NCBI GenBank assembly: GCA_963828495.1
Contig: CAWHFJ010000009.1
Span: forward strand, 170,338 to 234,337
Length of the DNA stretch: 64,000 nt
Source: Candidatus Omnitrophota bacterium
GTDB taxonomy: Bacteria > Omnitrophota > Gorgyraeia > Zapsychrales > Fredricksoniimonadaceae
Direction of reading: 5' to 3'
This document shows positions 9,649 to 19,036 of the stretch, one piece after another. Under the pieces are notes generated by a model. It was not told the DNA's origin. It searched no databases and saw only the letters and a program-made list of their open reading frames with translations. Numbering within the stretch: the first letter of the stretch is position 1; every line of letters begins with the position of its first letter. The position numbers and the translations under genes are program-made.

Positions 9649-9784
9649 ATGATCCTCTTTCTGATATATTTTATGGATTTGACGACACTGTGAGAACATT
9701 TTATCAATCTTCCCAATAATTACAATGATATTCTGCTTATCGGACAAAGCCCTTAAAAGGAATATTTGAGATATATCCGCTGGT

Positions 9785-10885
9785 ATGCTAAACTACCACA
9801 CCATGATCGAACAAATCCGCAAAAATATCGACAAAAGCCTCGCTGCCTTTTTGGAAACCGTCAAAAAAGATTACAGGTTGCATTTAGTCTCCCCTCTGCT
9901 GTTTGAAAGCATCCGGGAATTCACCCTGCGGGAGGGCAAACGCATCCGGCCTTTGCTTTTAATCCTCAGTTATAAAGCTTACGCGCCTTTATCCAAAAAA
10001 ATTTCGCGCAAACTCTACAATGCCTCCACCTGCATGGAATTTTTACATAATTTCATGCTGATCCATGATGATATTATCGACCGTTCAAATTTGCGCCGCG
10101 GCAAACTAACCATGCATAAAATTTTAGCGCACACCGTTGCCACCCAAAACCCCGCTAAATTAGGCATTGATTTGAGCATTATCGCCGGGGATATTGTTTA
10201 CGCGCTGGCTATTGACGCTTTTTTATCCATCGATGCGCCAGCCGAACGTAAAGAACGCGCCCTCAAATATTTCATCCAGACCGCGGCCTTTACGGCCATG
10301 GGGGAATTCATCGACACCGTCAGCGGCGTCAAACCCGTTGCCGACGTGGATGAAAAGGACGTTTTTCTCAATTACACCCTTAAAACCGCGCGCTACACGT
10401 TCGACTGCCCCATGGTCACCGGAGCCATTTTGGCGGGTGCGGCTCCTGACGAAATCAAAAAAATTTCCCGCTTCGGCATTCTCATCGGCCAGGCGTTTCA
10501 AATTCAGGATGATATCATCGGCATTTTTGAGACGGAAGCTAATATCGGAAAGCCTATCCTCAGCGACCTTCAAGAAGGGAAAAAAACCATTCTCGTCACC
10601 CATGCCTTCAGGAGTCTGAGCGGCCGCCGGCGGACGGAATTTGTAAAAATATTCGCCAAAAAAACTAAAACCCTCAAAGATTTAGAAGCCGTCAAAAAAA
10701 TCTTTATTAAGACCAAAAGCCTTGACTATGCGCTTGAAGCCATCCAGGCGCGTCTGAAAGAAGCGCAGAAAATCCTGCAGGGTTTACGCATGAACGAGGA
10801 GTACCGTAATCTCATCGGCAGTTGTCTGATAAAACTTTTCGGCCACTCGCAAAAAATCGCACTCTCATACCGAGTACTCCCGTAG
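9785..10885 (+). CDS. Polyprenyl diphosphate synthase (trans-isoprenyl diphosphate synthase family)
   Basis: Two Asp-rich motifs, LIHDDIIDRS and FQIQDDIIG. Chain length is not assignable. Confidence 0.8.
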   Translation: MLNYHTMIEQIRKNIDKSLAAFLETVKKDYRLHLVSPLLFESIREFTLREGKRIRPLLLILSYKAYAPLSKKISRKLYNASTCMEFLHNFMLIHDDIIDRSNLRRGKLTMHKILAHTVATQNPAKLGIDLSIIAGDIVYALAIDAFLSIDAPAERKERALKYFIQTAAFTAMGEFIDTVSGVKPVADVDEKDVFLNYTLKTARYTFDCPMVTGAILAGAAPDEIKKISRFGILIGQAFQIQDDIIGIFETEANIGKPILSDLQEGKKTILVTHAFRSLSGRRRTEFVKIFAKKTKTLKDLEAVKKIFIKTKSLDYALEAIQARLKEAQKILQGLRMNEEYRNLIGSCLIKLFGHSQKIALSYRVLP

Positions 10886-10894
10886 GTCGCACTC

Positions 10895-11980
10895 TCATAC
10901 CAGGCGGCTGGATAATTCATCTAAAACCAATCGGCCCTTCTGAGTGGTTTTTACAAAGCCACCTTCCAAAACCAAAAACCCATCTTCTATCAAGGATTGA
11001 ATAACTTTATGTTTAGAAACCACCACCTGGTCCCAAGAAAGTCCTTTATTCATTCTTAAACCAAATAATAATTTCTCCGTGGCTCTGGTGTCAGCATTTA
11101 AATCTTCATACCCCTCAATGGCCGTCTTGCCCTCTTTCGCCTTTTGCAAATATTGCTGTAAATTGGACGTGTTCCAATAGCGCCTGTTCCCCAAGAATCC
11201 ATGGGCCCCAACGCCTAAACCGATATAAGACCCGCACTGCCAGTAGTTGATATTATGCGTCGACTCAAATCCGGAACGGGCAAAATTGCTCACCTCATAT
11301 TGCTTAAAACCATATTCATCCAAAATCCGCGCGATCAAAATATAATGATCAGCTAATTTTTCATCATCATCTAATTTCATCTGTGTGACATAAAAACGGC
11401 TACGGGGTTCAATAGTTAACGTGTACAAAGACACGTGCTCGCTTTTCTGACGGGCGAGATTGCGCACATCATCTTCTAATTCTTGTTGTGTCTGACCCGG
11501 AAACGCGTACATTAAATCCAGATTGATATTAGTAAACCCCGCTTCGCGGCAAACAGCGTAAGCCTCCAGGGCACGATGAGCACTATGCGCCCGTCCTAAA
11601 AATTTTAAATAACGGTCATTGGTCGATTGCACCCCCAGGCTGATACGGTTAAATCCGACGCTGTGGTAAAAAACGGCCTTGGATAAATCAATGTTTTCGG
11701 GATTAACTTCTAGGGTGATCTCGGCATCGGCCTCAAGCAAAAAATTCTTTCTTATTTGCTCCATAAGAATCCCCAGTTGGTTGTCGCTCAGCATGCTTGG
11801 TGTCCCGCCTCCTAAATAAACGGTATTCACGCGTTGTCCCTGATAATTTTTCATTTCACCAACAAGGGCTGTCACATAACGATCGCGCAGGTGCTCCTGG
11901 CCGACGGATATGACGAAAGAACAAAACAAACATTTGCGGGGGCAAAAGGGGATGTGTATGTACAATGATGGCGTATTCAT
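10895..11980 (-). CDS. hemW: Radical SAM HemN-like protein (HemW family heme chaperone / oxygen-independent coproporphyrinogen oxidase-like)
   Basis: LYIHIPFCPRKCLFCSF carries the CxxxCxxC motif. The 361-aa length and YLGGGTPS fit the family. Confidence 0.8.
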   Translation of the reverse strand: MNTPSLYIHIPFCPRKCLFCSFVISVGQEHLRDRYVTALVGEMKNYQGQRVNTVYLGGGTPSMLSDNQLGILMEQIRKNFLLEADAEITLEVNPENIDLSKAVFYHSVGFNRISLGVQSTNDRYLKFLGRAHSAHRALEAYAVCREAGFTNINLDLMYAFPGQTQQELEDDVRNLARQKSEHVSLYTLTIEPRSRFYVTQMKLDDDEKLADHYILIARILDEYGFKQYEVSNFARSGFESTHNINYWQCGSYIGLGVGAHGFLGNRRYWNTSNLQQYLQKAKEGKTAIEGYEDLNADTRATEKLLFGLRMNKGLSWDQVVVSKHKVIQSLIEDGFLVLEGGFVKTTQKGRLVLDELSSRLV

Positions 11981-12169
11981 GCGGCAATTATTTTTAAATA
12001 GGCGATTATTGGATATTTTTTTTCATCAAAAAATGTTTTCTATTCTTCCGTCGACAAAAATTCCTAGAAAAAATAAATTTCCCAAAAATTATAAAAATAT
12101 TTTTTGCATAACAACAATCGTGTGTTAATATTTAAGTAACAAAACAATCGTTAAGAAAGGAGCTATTCA

Positions 12170-12214
12170 ATGGCTACCAAAAAGAAGAAAAAGAAAACAG
12201 CAAAAAAGAAATAG
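12170..12214 (+). CDS. 14-codon poly-lysine micro-ORF (MATKKKKKKTAKKK)
   Basis: SD AAGGAG lies 7 nt upstream of ATG 12170. Candidate promoter is TTGCAT (12104-12109), a 16-nt spacer and TAATAT (12126-12131). A 14-bp perfect-stem hairpin follows 21 nt after the stop. Below the ORF-track size cutoff. Confidence 0.4.
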   Translation: MATKKKKKKTAKKK

Positions 12215-12235
12215 TGACTGTTTTCCTGCATTTTC

Positions 12236-12270
12236 ATAAAACCCTTTGATAAGTACTCAAAGGGTTTTAT
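12236..12270. terminator. Bidirectional intrinsic-terminator-like hairpin
   Basis: ATAAAACCCTTTGA-taagtac-TCAAAGGGTTTTAT, a 14-bp perfect stem flanked by A/T runs. It sits between the micro-ORF (+) and the convergent 938-aa gene (-). Confidence 0.7.
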
Positions 12271-12298
12271 GTTTGTAGTTTCTGTTTAGATCGCCAAT

Positions 12299-15115
12299 TT
12301 ACCCGGAAGAAATCCCTGCAGTGCCCGGGGCCATTAATTCTGCCAGTATGCCCGTTGAAGTAGCGGGCCTGATATCAAGGATCACCGGGATCAGGCCATC
12401 AATATGGATATTTTCCAGGTTCTGCTGACTGATAGGTAACGGCACGCCATAGCCGTCACGTTTTATTTGCAAATTCAAATTAGCCGCATTCATGTCAATA
12501 CCACCGGGTTCAACCATAGCTTGCTCCTTGAGGCCCCCTGTTACCAATCTCTCTACTCTTTCCCCTGCGGCGTCAAATAATTCTTTTGCAGTTGGCATCC
12601 TATCCACATACTCTTTTATATAACGACCGAAAATCACTAGTAACTGCGCTACTGACCCATCCGTAAGTAACGATCCACCAATACTGACAACATTAAAAAC
12701 CGCGTTAAAATCTGGATTACTTGGGTTGATTTGATCGAGGGCATTGTGTACTCCTAATCGATATGCCTCAAAAACAGCCGGCCCAAGTAGGGCCACTCCC
12801 AACACGGTCCCAGCCCCAGCCACTCCCAATTCTGTTATTCGCATTCTCGCCATCATCGCCTCGTCGGTCGTAACTGTAATTGGTGTTTTGCCTGTATTCT
12901 CAACCGTAAGATCGCCACCTTTTAAAGAAATTGCGACCTCAAAATTTCCAGGCAATGCCATGCCCTCCAAGCGAACAGAATTCTTCCCCCCCGGCTCATA
13001 GGAAGCATAAATACCATCATCTTGGCGATGTAACGTAATAATAGACCCCTTTCTCCCGCCTCCTCTTTTAATCTGTACTACACGGTCTTCTATCTTTATC
13101 CGCAATTTTCCATTTTGATTGATCCTAATTGGCGGCGTCACCATCGCTTTGGAGACAAGCGCTTCATCTAATATTTCCAGACCCAATGCCCTGTATTCTG
13201 CAGGAATTGTAGCAAGACCTTTAGGCCCTAAATTTTCTCTAAGAGAATCAACAGTCCCTGTAGGTAAATCTCCCAGATTATGCACAATTGCTTTTCCATC
13301 GCTTATTTCATTTACCATAACAGTCCGGTCAACCAGATCTATCGCCAAACGCCAATGCTTCTTAGTTACCCCTACCAAACGACCGCTTATCAAGCGGTCA
13401 TTTTTTATATCTATGTTAAAATCTTCCATGTGAAGAGGCGCAGTGTTAAATTCCTTACCTGGCTGATTATTATTCAAAGCATATACCCCAGGCTTCACCG
13501 GCTTATTTTTGGCGGCTTCTGCGACATTAGAATTAACCCCTAAAGCAGCAACGCCCACCGCGCCGGCTAATGCTAATTTTGGCAACACCCTCATCGCCTG
13601 ATCTATCTTAACAATTGTATTTTTTGTTTTCTGCCCATTATATATAGTAAAATTATCCCCATTATGCCTTTCAATTATAACCTTACTATTTGGCGGTGTA
13701 AAAGATTCCCCATCAATTAAGGCTTTCACATACTTCCCTCCAAAACCATAGGCAGCTAAATAAGTACCGTCTGCAAAACGAGTTATCACAATACTAAACC
13801 TACTGCCTTCTTGAGTTATAGTCACTGCCTTGGTATTTGGTCCAAACGACACTTCGCCATTAGTATCTGGCGAGATTTCCTGTGTAGTCATGGCCTGGCT
13901 GGCCGCTTGTGCCTCTGTTTCAGTTAAATTTAATTTTAAAAGATCAAGGCTGTCCTGAGTACTACCTACTTGGTTGGCAGCCTGCAGTGCCCTAGGATCA
14001 TTTTCACCAAAAGGATGAAGAGCCTTAGTCAATACTTCTGCATCAACACCAACTCCACCAGAAAAATATTTCCTTGGAATAGTCTCATGAGTGTATTTAT
14101 CTACATCTTCTTTAATAAAATTAAACACGCCTTTTTTATACGCTTTTAAATATTGCTGATAAATCTGTTCATTGGTTTGAGGGTCTTGGTCTACTCCCTT
14201 GACCTTGGCTTTATCCGCATAAATTTTGGAAAGTAACGATTCCTTTAACGCTCGCTTGTACCAGGCAGCTAACACCATCCCACTAAATGCCTGTCTTAAA
14301 TTAGCAAAATTCTTTCCCTCATTGACTTCCCTTTCTAACTCCGGCAGAACGATTTCCTTAACAATCTTGGATGCAATGGTATGGGTTTTCTTGTCCATGG
14401 GAGCATTTTGGATACCAGAATGCTTTTTTAAGGACAAATAATCCTCTTCCATCATGACCTTTAAATGACTTTTAAACACGTACGCCGTATTGCCCTTTTC
14501 ATAAATTTCTGCATCATCCGGAAGGATCCATACCTTATTAAAGGTGTTCACGGGAATACTGGTTGTCCCGTATTGCGCTTGGGCCTGGGTGTAAACCTTG
14601 TCCCAAAATTTCTTGCCTAAATTGCTTTCCGGATATATTAGAGAAGCGGTGATTTGCTTGAGCATGTAATCCTGGGCTAAAAGGTCACGGCCCATTTCGG
14701 TCTTGCCAAAATCATCCTTGATGATACGGTCTTTCTCATAAGGGGAGAGATTCACCCATTGATCATCATCGGGTATCGCCAGTGAGGCTAAGAAATATTT
14801 AGTTAGTTTAAGATATTCGTCCTTCTTTTCTGCATCCGTCAACTCTTTGTCGCCTTTATAAATAATAAAGTCAAATTTAAGCGCGTTTTCAGGATGGATC
14901 ACTATGCCTTTTAAATAAGCCGGCGTGTATTCAGGGCTTAAATGCACCATAATGCCGGGTTGGGGCATAAAAGGCATCGGGTCTACTGCTGCCACTTGGG
15001 CATAGGCCGGAGATTTTACGGTGGTAGATATAAACGCTACCAAAATGATTATGGCAATAGCTTTGCGTATTTGTTTGAACATGGATTTATTAATATTAAG
15101 GGAATATGGGGACAT
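12299..15115 (-). CDS. 938-aa membrane-anchored/secreted protein of unknown family; paralog of 47651..51496
   Basis: N-terminal hydrophobic anchor (AIAIIILVAFISTTV). About 330 aa are clearly alignable with the other protein (MVHLSPE..LKG..HP.N..FDFI, YFLASL, WVNLSPYEKDRI, DYMLKQITASLIYPE, NTFNKVWI.P, REVNEGKNFA.LRQ, PRKYFSGG). They also share a C-terminal ~60-aa GGID..PVI..IRP module. Confidence 0.7.
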   Translation of the reverse strand: MSPYSLNINKSMFKQIRKAIAIIILVAFISTTVKSPAYAQVAAVDPMPFMPQPGIMVHLSPEYTPAYLKGIVIHPENALKFDFIIYKGDKELTDAEKKDEYLKLTKYFLASLAIPDDDQWVNLSPYEKDRIIKDDFGKTEMGRDLLAQDYMLKQITASLIYPESNLGKKFWDKVYTQAQAQYGTTSIPVNTFNKVWILPDDAEIYEKGNTAYVFKSHLKVMMEEDYLSLKKHSGIQNAPMDKKTHTIASKIVKEIVLPELEREVNEGKNFANLRQAFSGMVLAAWYKRALKESLLSKIYADKAKVKGVDQDPQTNEQIYQQYLKAYKKGVFNFIKEDVDKYTHETIPRKYFSGGVGVDAEVLTKALHPFGENDPRALQAANQVGSTQDSLDLLKLNLTETEAQAASQAMTTQEISPDTNGEVSFGPNTKAVTITQEGSRFSIVITRFADGTYLAAYGFGGKYVKALIDGESFTPPNSKVIIERHNGDNFTIYNGQKTKNTIVKIDQAMRVLPKLALAGAVGVAALGVNSNVAEAAKNKPVKPGVYALNNNQPGKEFNTAPLHMEDFNIDIKNDRLISGRLVGVTKKHWRLAIDLVDRTVMVNEISDGKAIVHNLGDLPTGTVDSLRENLGPKGLATIPAEYRALGLEILDEALVSKAMVTPPIRINQNGKLRIKIEDRVVQIKRGGGRKGSIITLHRQDDGIYASYEPGGKNSVRLEGMALPGNFEVAISLKGGDLTVENTGKTPITVTTDEAMMARMRITELGVAGAGTVLGVALLGPAVFEAYRLGVHNALDQINPSNPDFNAVFNVVSIGGSLLTDGSVAQLLVIFGRYIKEYVDRMPTAKELFDAAGERVERLVTGGLKEQAMVEPGGIDMNAANLNLQIKRDGYGVPLPISQQNLENIHIDGLIPVILDIRPATSTGILAELMAPGTAGISSG

Positions 15116-15222
15116 ATCTCTCCCTCCTTGTTAGTGGCTAAGGTAAGTATGCCATACATTAGGGGAAGAAACAAGGGCTGGAGGCTGTTTTTGAGGAAGC
15201 GTTTCCCGAAGTGATTAAAAAT

Positions 15223-16890
15223 TTATTCCGATAATCGGATGATAATGCCTTTTTTTCGGGCCCTGGTATACGCTCGACCCAAAAAATGTAAGGAAAGCAT
15301 TATATAAAGTAAAGTTAGGGCTATGCCGGAAAAAAACGGATACGGGGTATGGGCCTTAAAGCCGTAAGACTGGCGGAAGAATTCCAGAAAATGTGTAATC
15401 GGCACCATCAAGGCTATGTATTGAAAGAATTTCGGCAAGATGTCAACCGGATAATAAATGCCGCAAATAATCATAAATAATTGAGCAAACATCCATGCCG
15501 TGATCTCTACTTTTTGACCGAAGGACAAAATCAGGATATTCACCAAAATGCCCAAGATAAAAGCACAGGCAAAAAGCCCAAATAAAAATCCTGCCGTGGT
15601 CAGAAGCCCCGGGAGATGAAAACCAAACCCCCATGACGCGGCACAGGTCAAAAACACAAAAGCTATAAATCCTCGCACCATGCCGACAACCCAAGTTCCC
15701 ACAACCCCTTCAGCAACACCGACGGGCGTTAGTAACGTGTGCTTTAAACTCTTTGACCATAATTCATAAAGCACGGTATACCCGACATCAAGCTGAACGA
15801 TCTGCAAAACACCTGCGGCCAGAGTCCCTGTCATCACAAAGCCCAGAGTTTGAGCTCCCAATTTAATAAATTGGGCCATAAGCCCGATGGAAACCAAAGA
15901 AACTATCGGCCAAAAAAATACATCCGTCATCACAAATAAATTACGCACGGCAAAAATGGCACTGCGCATCGTGAAAGCCAACGCCCGATTCATCCAGGCC
16001 TGCCATCCGCCGCTTTGAGGTAGTGGCAGAATTATCGATGTGTTTGGCCCCCCCACGACCGACGATAGTCCCCGGTATGAGGGGACAGAAGCATGCGGGG
16101 ATGACGGAAATTTTTCCTCTTTTTGATGCGCCAATTGGATAAATATTTCTTCCAAATCATCGGTATGATGCAGACGTTTGAGTTCGTCGACACCGGCTAA
16201 TTTAATGATGCGCCCTTTTTGGATAAACGCCACCCTTTCACACATGATTTCCACTTCATCCATGTTGTGGCTGGTTAAAAGCACCGTCATCCGGCGTTGG
16301 CGCAAAATGTCCAGGATAATCTGACGGGTTTTTAAAGACACGTCCGGGTCAAGACCGATGGTGGGTTCGTCCAAAAATAAAATCTTGGGGTCATTCAACA
16401 GTGATTTGGCCAATGACAGCCGCTGCTTGGTCCCTGAAGATAATTCATCAAAACGGCGATTGGCATAGGCGGACAAATCAAACAGGCTCGTGACTTCATC
16501 CACCTTGCGCTGCAAAAGCTCCCCTCTTAATCCATAAAGACGTGCGTAAAACTTAAGATTTTCTTCGACTGTCAGAGAAAAAGCATAGTTAGGATACCCT
16601 GAGGACATATTAATCCAACTGCGTACGGCATCAAAATTGCGCGGCAGAGACTGCAAGCCAAAAATTTCAATTTCTCCGGCATCCGGTAATAATAAAGTCG
16701 CCAAGGCATTTAAACAAGTGGTTTTACCGGCGCCATTGGGCCCTAAAATCCCTAAAATCTCACCTTCACGCACGGTCAGATCCAAATGATCAAGGGCTTT
16801 GACTACCCCGCCACTTTGAGTGTCGGGATAGCTCTTGCATAAACCGCGCGCGGCTAGAACAATTTCAAAAGATTTTTTCGTATCGCTCAT
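15223..16890 (-). CDS. ABC transporter, fused ATPase + ABC-2-type permease
   Basis: Walker A GPNGAGKTT, signature LSSGTKQRL and Walker B ILFLDEPT. The C-terminal half has about 6 hydrophobic segments. Confidence 0.8.
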   Translation of the reverse strand: MSDTKKSFEIVLAARGLCKSYPDTQSGGVVKALDHLDLTVREGEILGILGPNGAGKTTCLNALATLLLPDAGEIEIFGLQSLPRNFDAVRSWINMSSGYPNYAFSLTVEENLKFYARLYGLRGELLQRKVDEVTSLFDLSAYANRRFDELSSGTKQRLSLAKSLLNDPKILFLDEPTIGLDPDVSLKTRQIILDILRQRRMTVLLTSHNMDEVEIMCERVAFIQKGRIIKLAGVDELKRLHHTDDLEEIFIQLAHQKEEKFPSSPHASVPSYRGLSSVVGGPNTSIILPLPQSGGWQAWMNRALAFTMRSAIFAVRNLFVMTDVFFWPIVSLVSIGLMAQFIKLGAQTLGFVMTGTLAAGVLQIVQLDVGYTVLYELWSKSLKHTLLTPVGVAEGVVGTWVVGMVRGFIAFVFLTCAASWGFGFHLPGLLTTAGFLFGLFACAFILGILVNILILSFGQKVEITAWMFAQLFMIICGIYYPVDILPKFFQYIALMVPITHFLEFFRQSYGFKAHTPYPFFSGIALTLLYIMLSLHFLGRAYTRARKKGIIIRLSE

Positions 16891-17021
16891 AACTTACTAT
16901 TAAATATAGAGTTATACAAAATCCGTAAATTTGCATTTTCAAGCTATTAGTAGTATACTTCAAGAGTACTAACGGAGGGTCTCGAGGATAGCGAAAGCAA
17001 GTCTAAGGCCTATCCCCTTAC

Positions 17022-17051
17022 AAAACCTACGGCATACCTACCGTAGGTTTT
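17022..17051 (-). terminator. Intrinsic-terminator-like hairpin downstream of pgi
   Basis: AAAACCTACGG-cataccta-CCGTAGGTTTT, an 11-bp perfect stem lying 7 nt past the pgi stop (17058-17060). Confidence 0.6.
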
Positions 17052-17057
17052 GCCTTT

Positions 17058-18326
17058 TTAGCGCTTGCCCAGCAGTGCAAACATCTTCTTCTTATACGCT
17101 TCCACACCTGGTTGGTCAAAAGGATTCACTCCCAGGATATACCCGGAAACCCCGCAAGCTTTCTCAAAAAAATAATACAACTGCCCCAGATGGTTGGCAT
17201 CAGCCTTGGATAACGTAATGGTCATGTTCGGGACCCCGCCTTCAAAATGCGCCGAAGCTGTTGCTTCATAAGCTTTTTTATTTACAAAATCAAAACCTTG
17301 TCCTGCAACATAATTAAAGCCGTCCGCATCTTGCGGGTCTTTAGGGATAATGACATCATGCTGCGGTTTATCGATTTGCAGAAAAGTCTCAAATACCGTG
17401 CGCTCGGCCTCCTGCATCCATTGCCCCATGGAATGAAGATCTGTGGACATGATAAGCGAGGCCGGAAAAATACCTTTGCCTTGCTTACCTTCGCTTTCGC
17501 CAAAAAGCTGCTTAAACCATTCCGCCACATAAAAAACATTGGGATAAAACGAGGAGAGCACTTCGATTTTTTTGCCCCTAGCATAAAGGATATTACGCAA
17601 CGCTGCATAACGGTAGCAGATGTTGCGATCCAAATCGCAAATTTTATATTCCGCTTCGGCCTGGCGCGCGCCTTCCACCAAACTTTGGATATCCACGCCT
17701 GAAGCGGCCAAAGGAACCAATCCGACCGACGTCAATATCGAAAAGCGGCCGCCCACATCATCGGGAATGATAAAACAACGGTACCCTTCCTTGTCTGCAA
17801 TTTTACGTAAGGCCCCTTTTTTCTCGTCGGTCACGCAAATAATGCGCTTTTTTAACTCTTCGCCCTGGTAGTGACTTTCCAGCAGTTTCTTAATCACCCT
17901 GAAGGCAAGGGCAGGTTCAGTGGTTGTCCCGGATTTTGAAATAACAACCACCGTGACGCGTTTGTCTTTGAGATTCGCTAAAAGCTGATGCAGATAATCA
18001 CTGCTGATGGTGTGCCCCGCATAATAAACCGGCAGTTTCGCTGTACCTAAAAAATCGACGGTGGCGCGTATGCCCAAATACGAGCCGCCGATACCTATGG
18101 AAACAAGACAATCGGAATTTTGTCGGACTTTGTACGCCAAAGCATTGATATCTTTAATTAACGCATCCGGGATACGGGAGGGCAAATCCAGCCAGCCGGT
18201 ATATTCGGCGCCTGGGCCTTTGTGGTTATGCAAATTTTCGTGGGCATGACGCACCGACGGAAGAATAACATTAAAATCCTCGGCCGACACGAAGCCTTTA
18301 AGATAATCTGTGTTAAGGGAGATCAT
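17058..18326 (-). CDS. pgi: Glucose-6-phosphate isomerase (short form)
   Basis: 422 aa. Motifs SIGIGGSYLG, GGRFSILTSVG and DQPGVEAYK. Confidence 0.9.
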   Translation of the reverse strand: MISLNTDYLKGFVSAEDFNVILPSVRHAHENLHNHKGPGAEYTGWLDLPSRIPDALIKDINALAYKVRQNSDCLVSIGIGGSYLGIRATVDFLGTAKLPVYYAGHTISSDYLHQLLANLKDKRVTVVVISKSGTTTEPALAFRVIKKLLESHYQGEELKKRIICVTDEKKGALRKIADKEGYRCFIIPDDVGGRFSILTSVGLVPLAASGVDIQSLVEGARQAEAEYKICDLDRNICYRYAALRNILYARGKKIEVLSSFYPNVFYVAEWFKQLFGESEGKQGKGIFPASLIMSTDLHSMGQWMQEAERTVFETFLQIDKPQHDVIIPKDPQDADGFNYVAGQGFDFVNKKAYEATASAHFEGGVPNMTITLSKADANHLGQLYYFFEKACGVSGYILGVNPFDQPGVEAYKKKMFALLGKR

Positions 18327-19036
18327 AATTTAGTCGGCATGTCTGCGGGCGCAGGCGCATTATTAGGCGTGGGGGCCGCAGCATTACTGGCAGAGTCGTT
18401 CTTGGAGACATAGGTCGATTTATCGCCGTATTCATTATGGCTGACTAACGTCCCGTGGATATAATGTTCATCCACCAATATCTGGCCGTTTTCTGCATAC
18501 GTCGAAACAGCGCCATCCAGTACCCCATTTTGATAATACATCGACTGCCTTAAAATTCCGCTCTTATAAAGGATGGTCTTTTCTCCGTCTAATTTCCCCC
18601 CGGCGTAATGCTCCCGGCTTTTAACTTCACCGGTATCATAATAATGCACGCGAGGGCCCTGAAGATCATTGTTCACATAGGTGCCTTCGCTTTCCAGGCC
18701 GCCACCTTCAAAATAATTCTTGTCATTGCCTTCACGCAAACCGTCGGAATAATGTAATAATTCTTTGAGGTTGCCGGAAGGATAAAAAATCTTCATCTCA
18801 CCGTCGAGCCTGTAATTATGGTAATTTTCTTCCCTTAATAACTTCCCGTTGCGGTCATACACGTGCCATACCCCTTCCACAGGAGGCTGCGTGCCCCTTT
18901 GCTGTTCATACAGGCGGGCGGGATTAATGTTCTGCTGGGCAAAGCCCATTGACGCCGTCATCGTCAAGAACATCAGCAGGCTAAGATAAATTTTCATATA
19001 GGGATTCTCCTTCAATTTAGGGAATGGCTGTATCAA
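18323..19036 (-). CDS. Secreted MORN-variant (YwqK-like) repeat protein
   Basis: Signal-like N-terminus. Repeats of the Y.nG....e..Y..g...G type (YPSGNLKELLHYSDGLREG, YYDTGEVKSREHYAGGKLDG, YKSGILRQSMYYQNGVLDG). Confidence 0.65.
   Translation of the reverse strand: MIQPFPKLKENPYMKIYLSLLMFLTMTASMGFAQQNINPARLYEQQRGTQPPVEGVWHVYDRNGKLLREENYHNYRLDGEMKIFYPSGNLKELLHYSDGLREGNDKNYFEGGGLESEGTYVNNDLQGPRVHYYDTGEVKSREHYAGGKLDGEKTILYKSGILRQSMYYQNGVLDGAVSTYAENGQILVDEHYIHGTLVSHNEYGDKSTYVSKNDSASNAAAPTPNNAPAPADMPTKL

Noticed and set aside
9091-9693. Long ORFs antisense to, or in alternative frames of, confident genes. Examples: 9091..9693 +, 7476..7973 +, 17247..17702 +, 39351..39869 -, 42127..42498 -, 53589..54284 +.
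   Set aside because: Each lies wholly inside a gene with clear family motifs on the other strand or frame. Their translations are low-complexity or Arg/Ser/Pro-rich with no motifs. They are typical shadow ORFs.
10857-10901. 15-bp direct repeat TCGCACTCTCATACC at 10857-10871 and 10887-10901, around the convergent stops of the polyprenyl synthase and hemW.
   Set aside because: It is a single short pair spanning two coding ends, with no hairpin potential and no further copies noticed. It is most simply a small local duplication.
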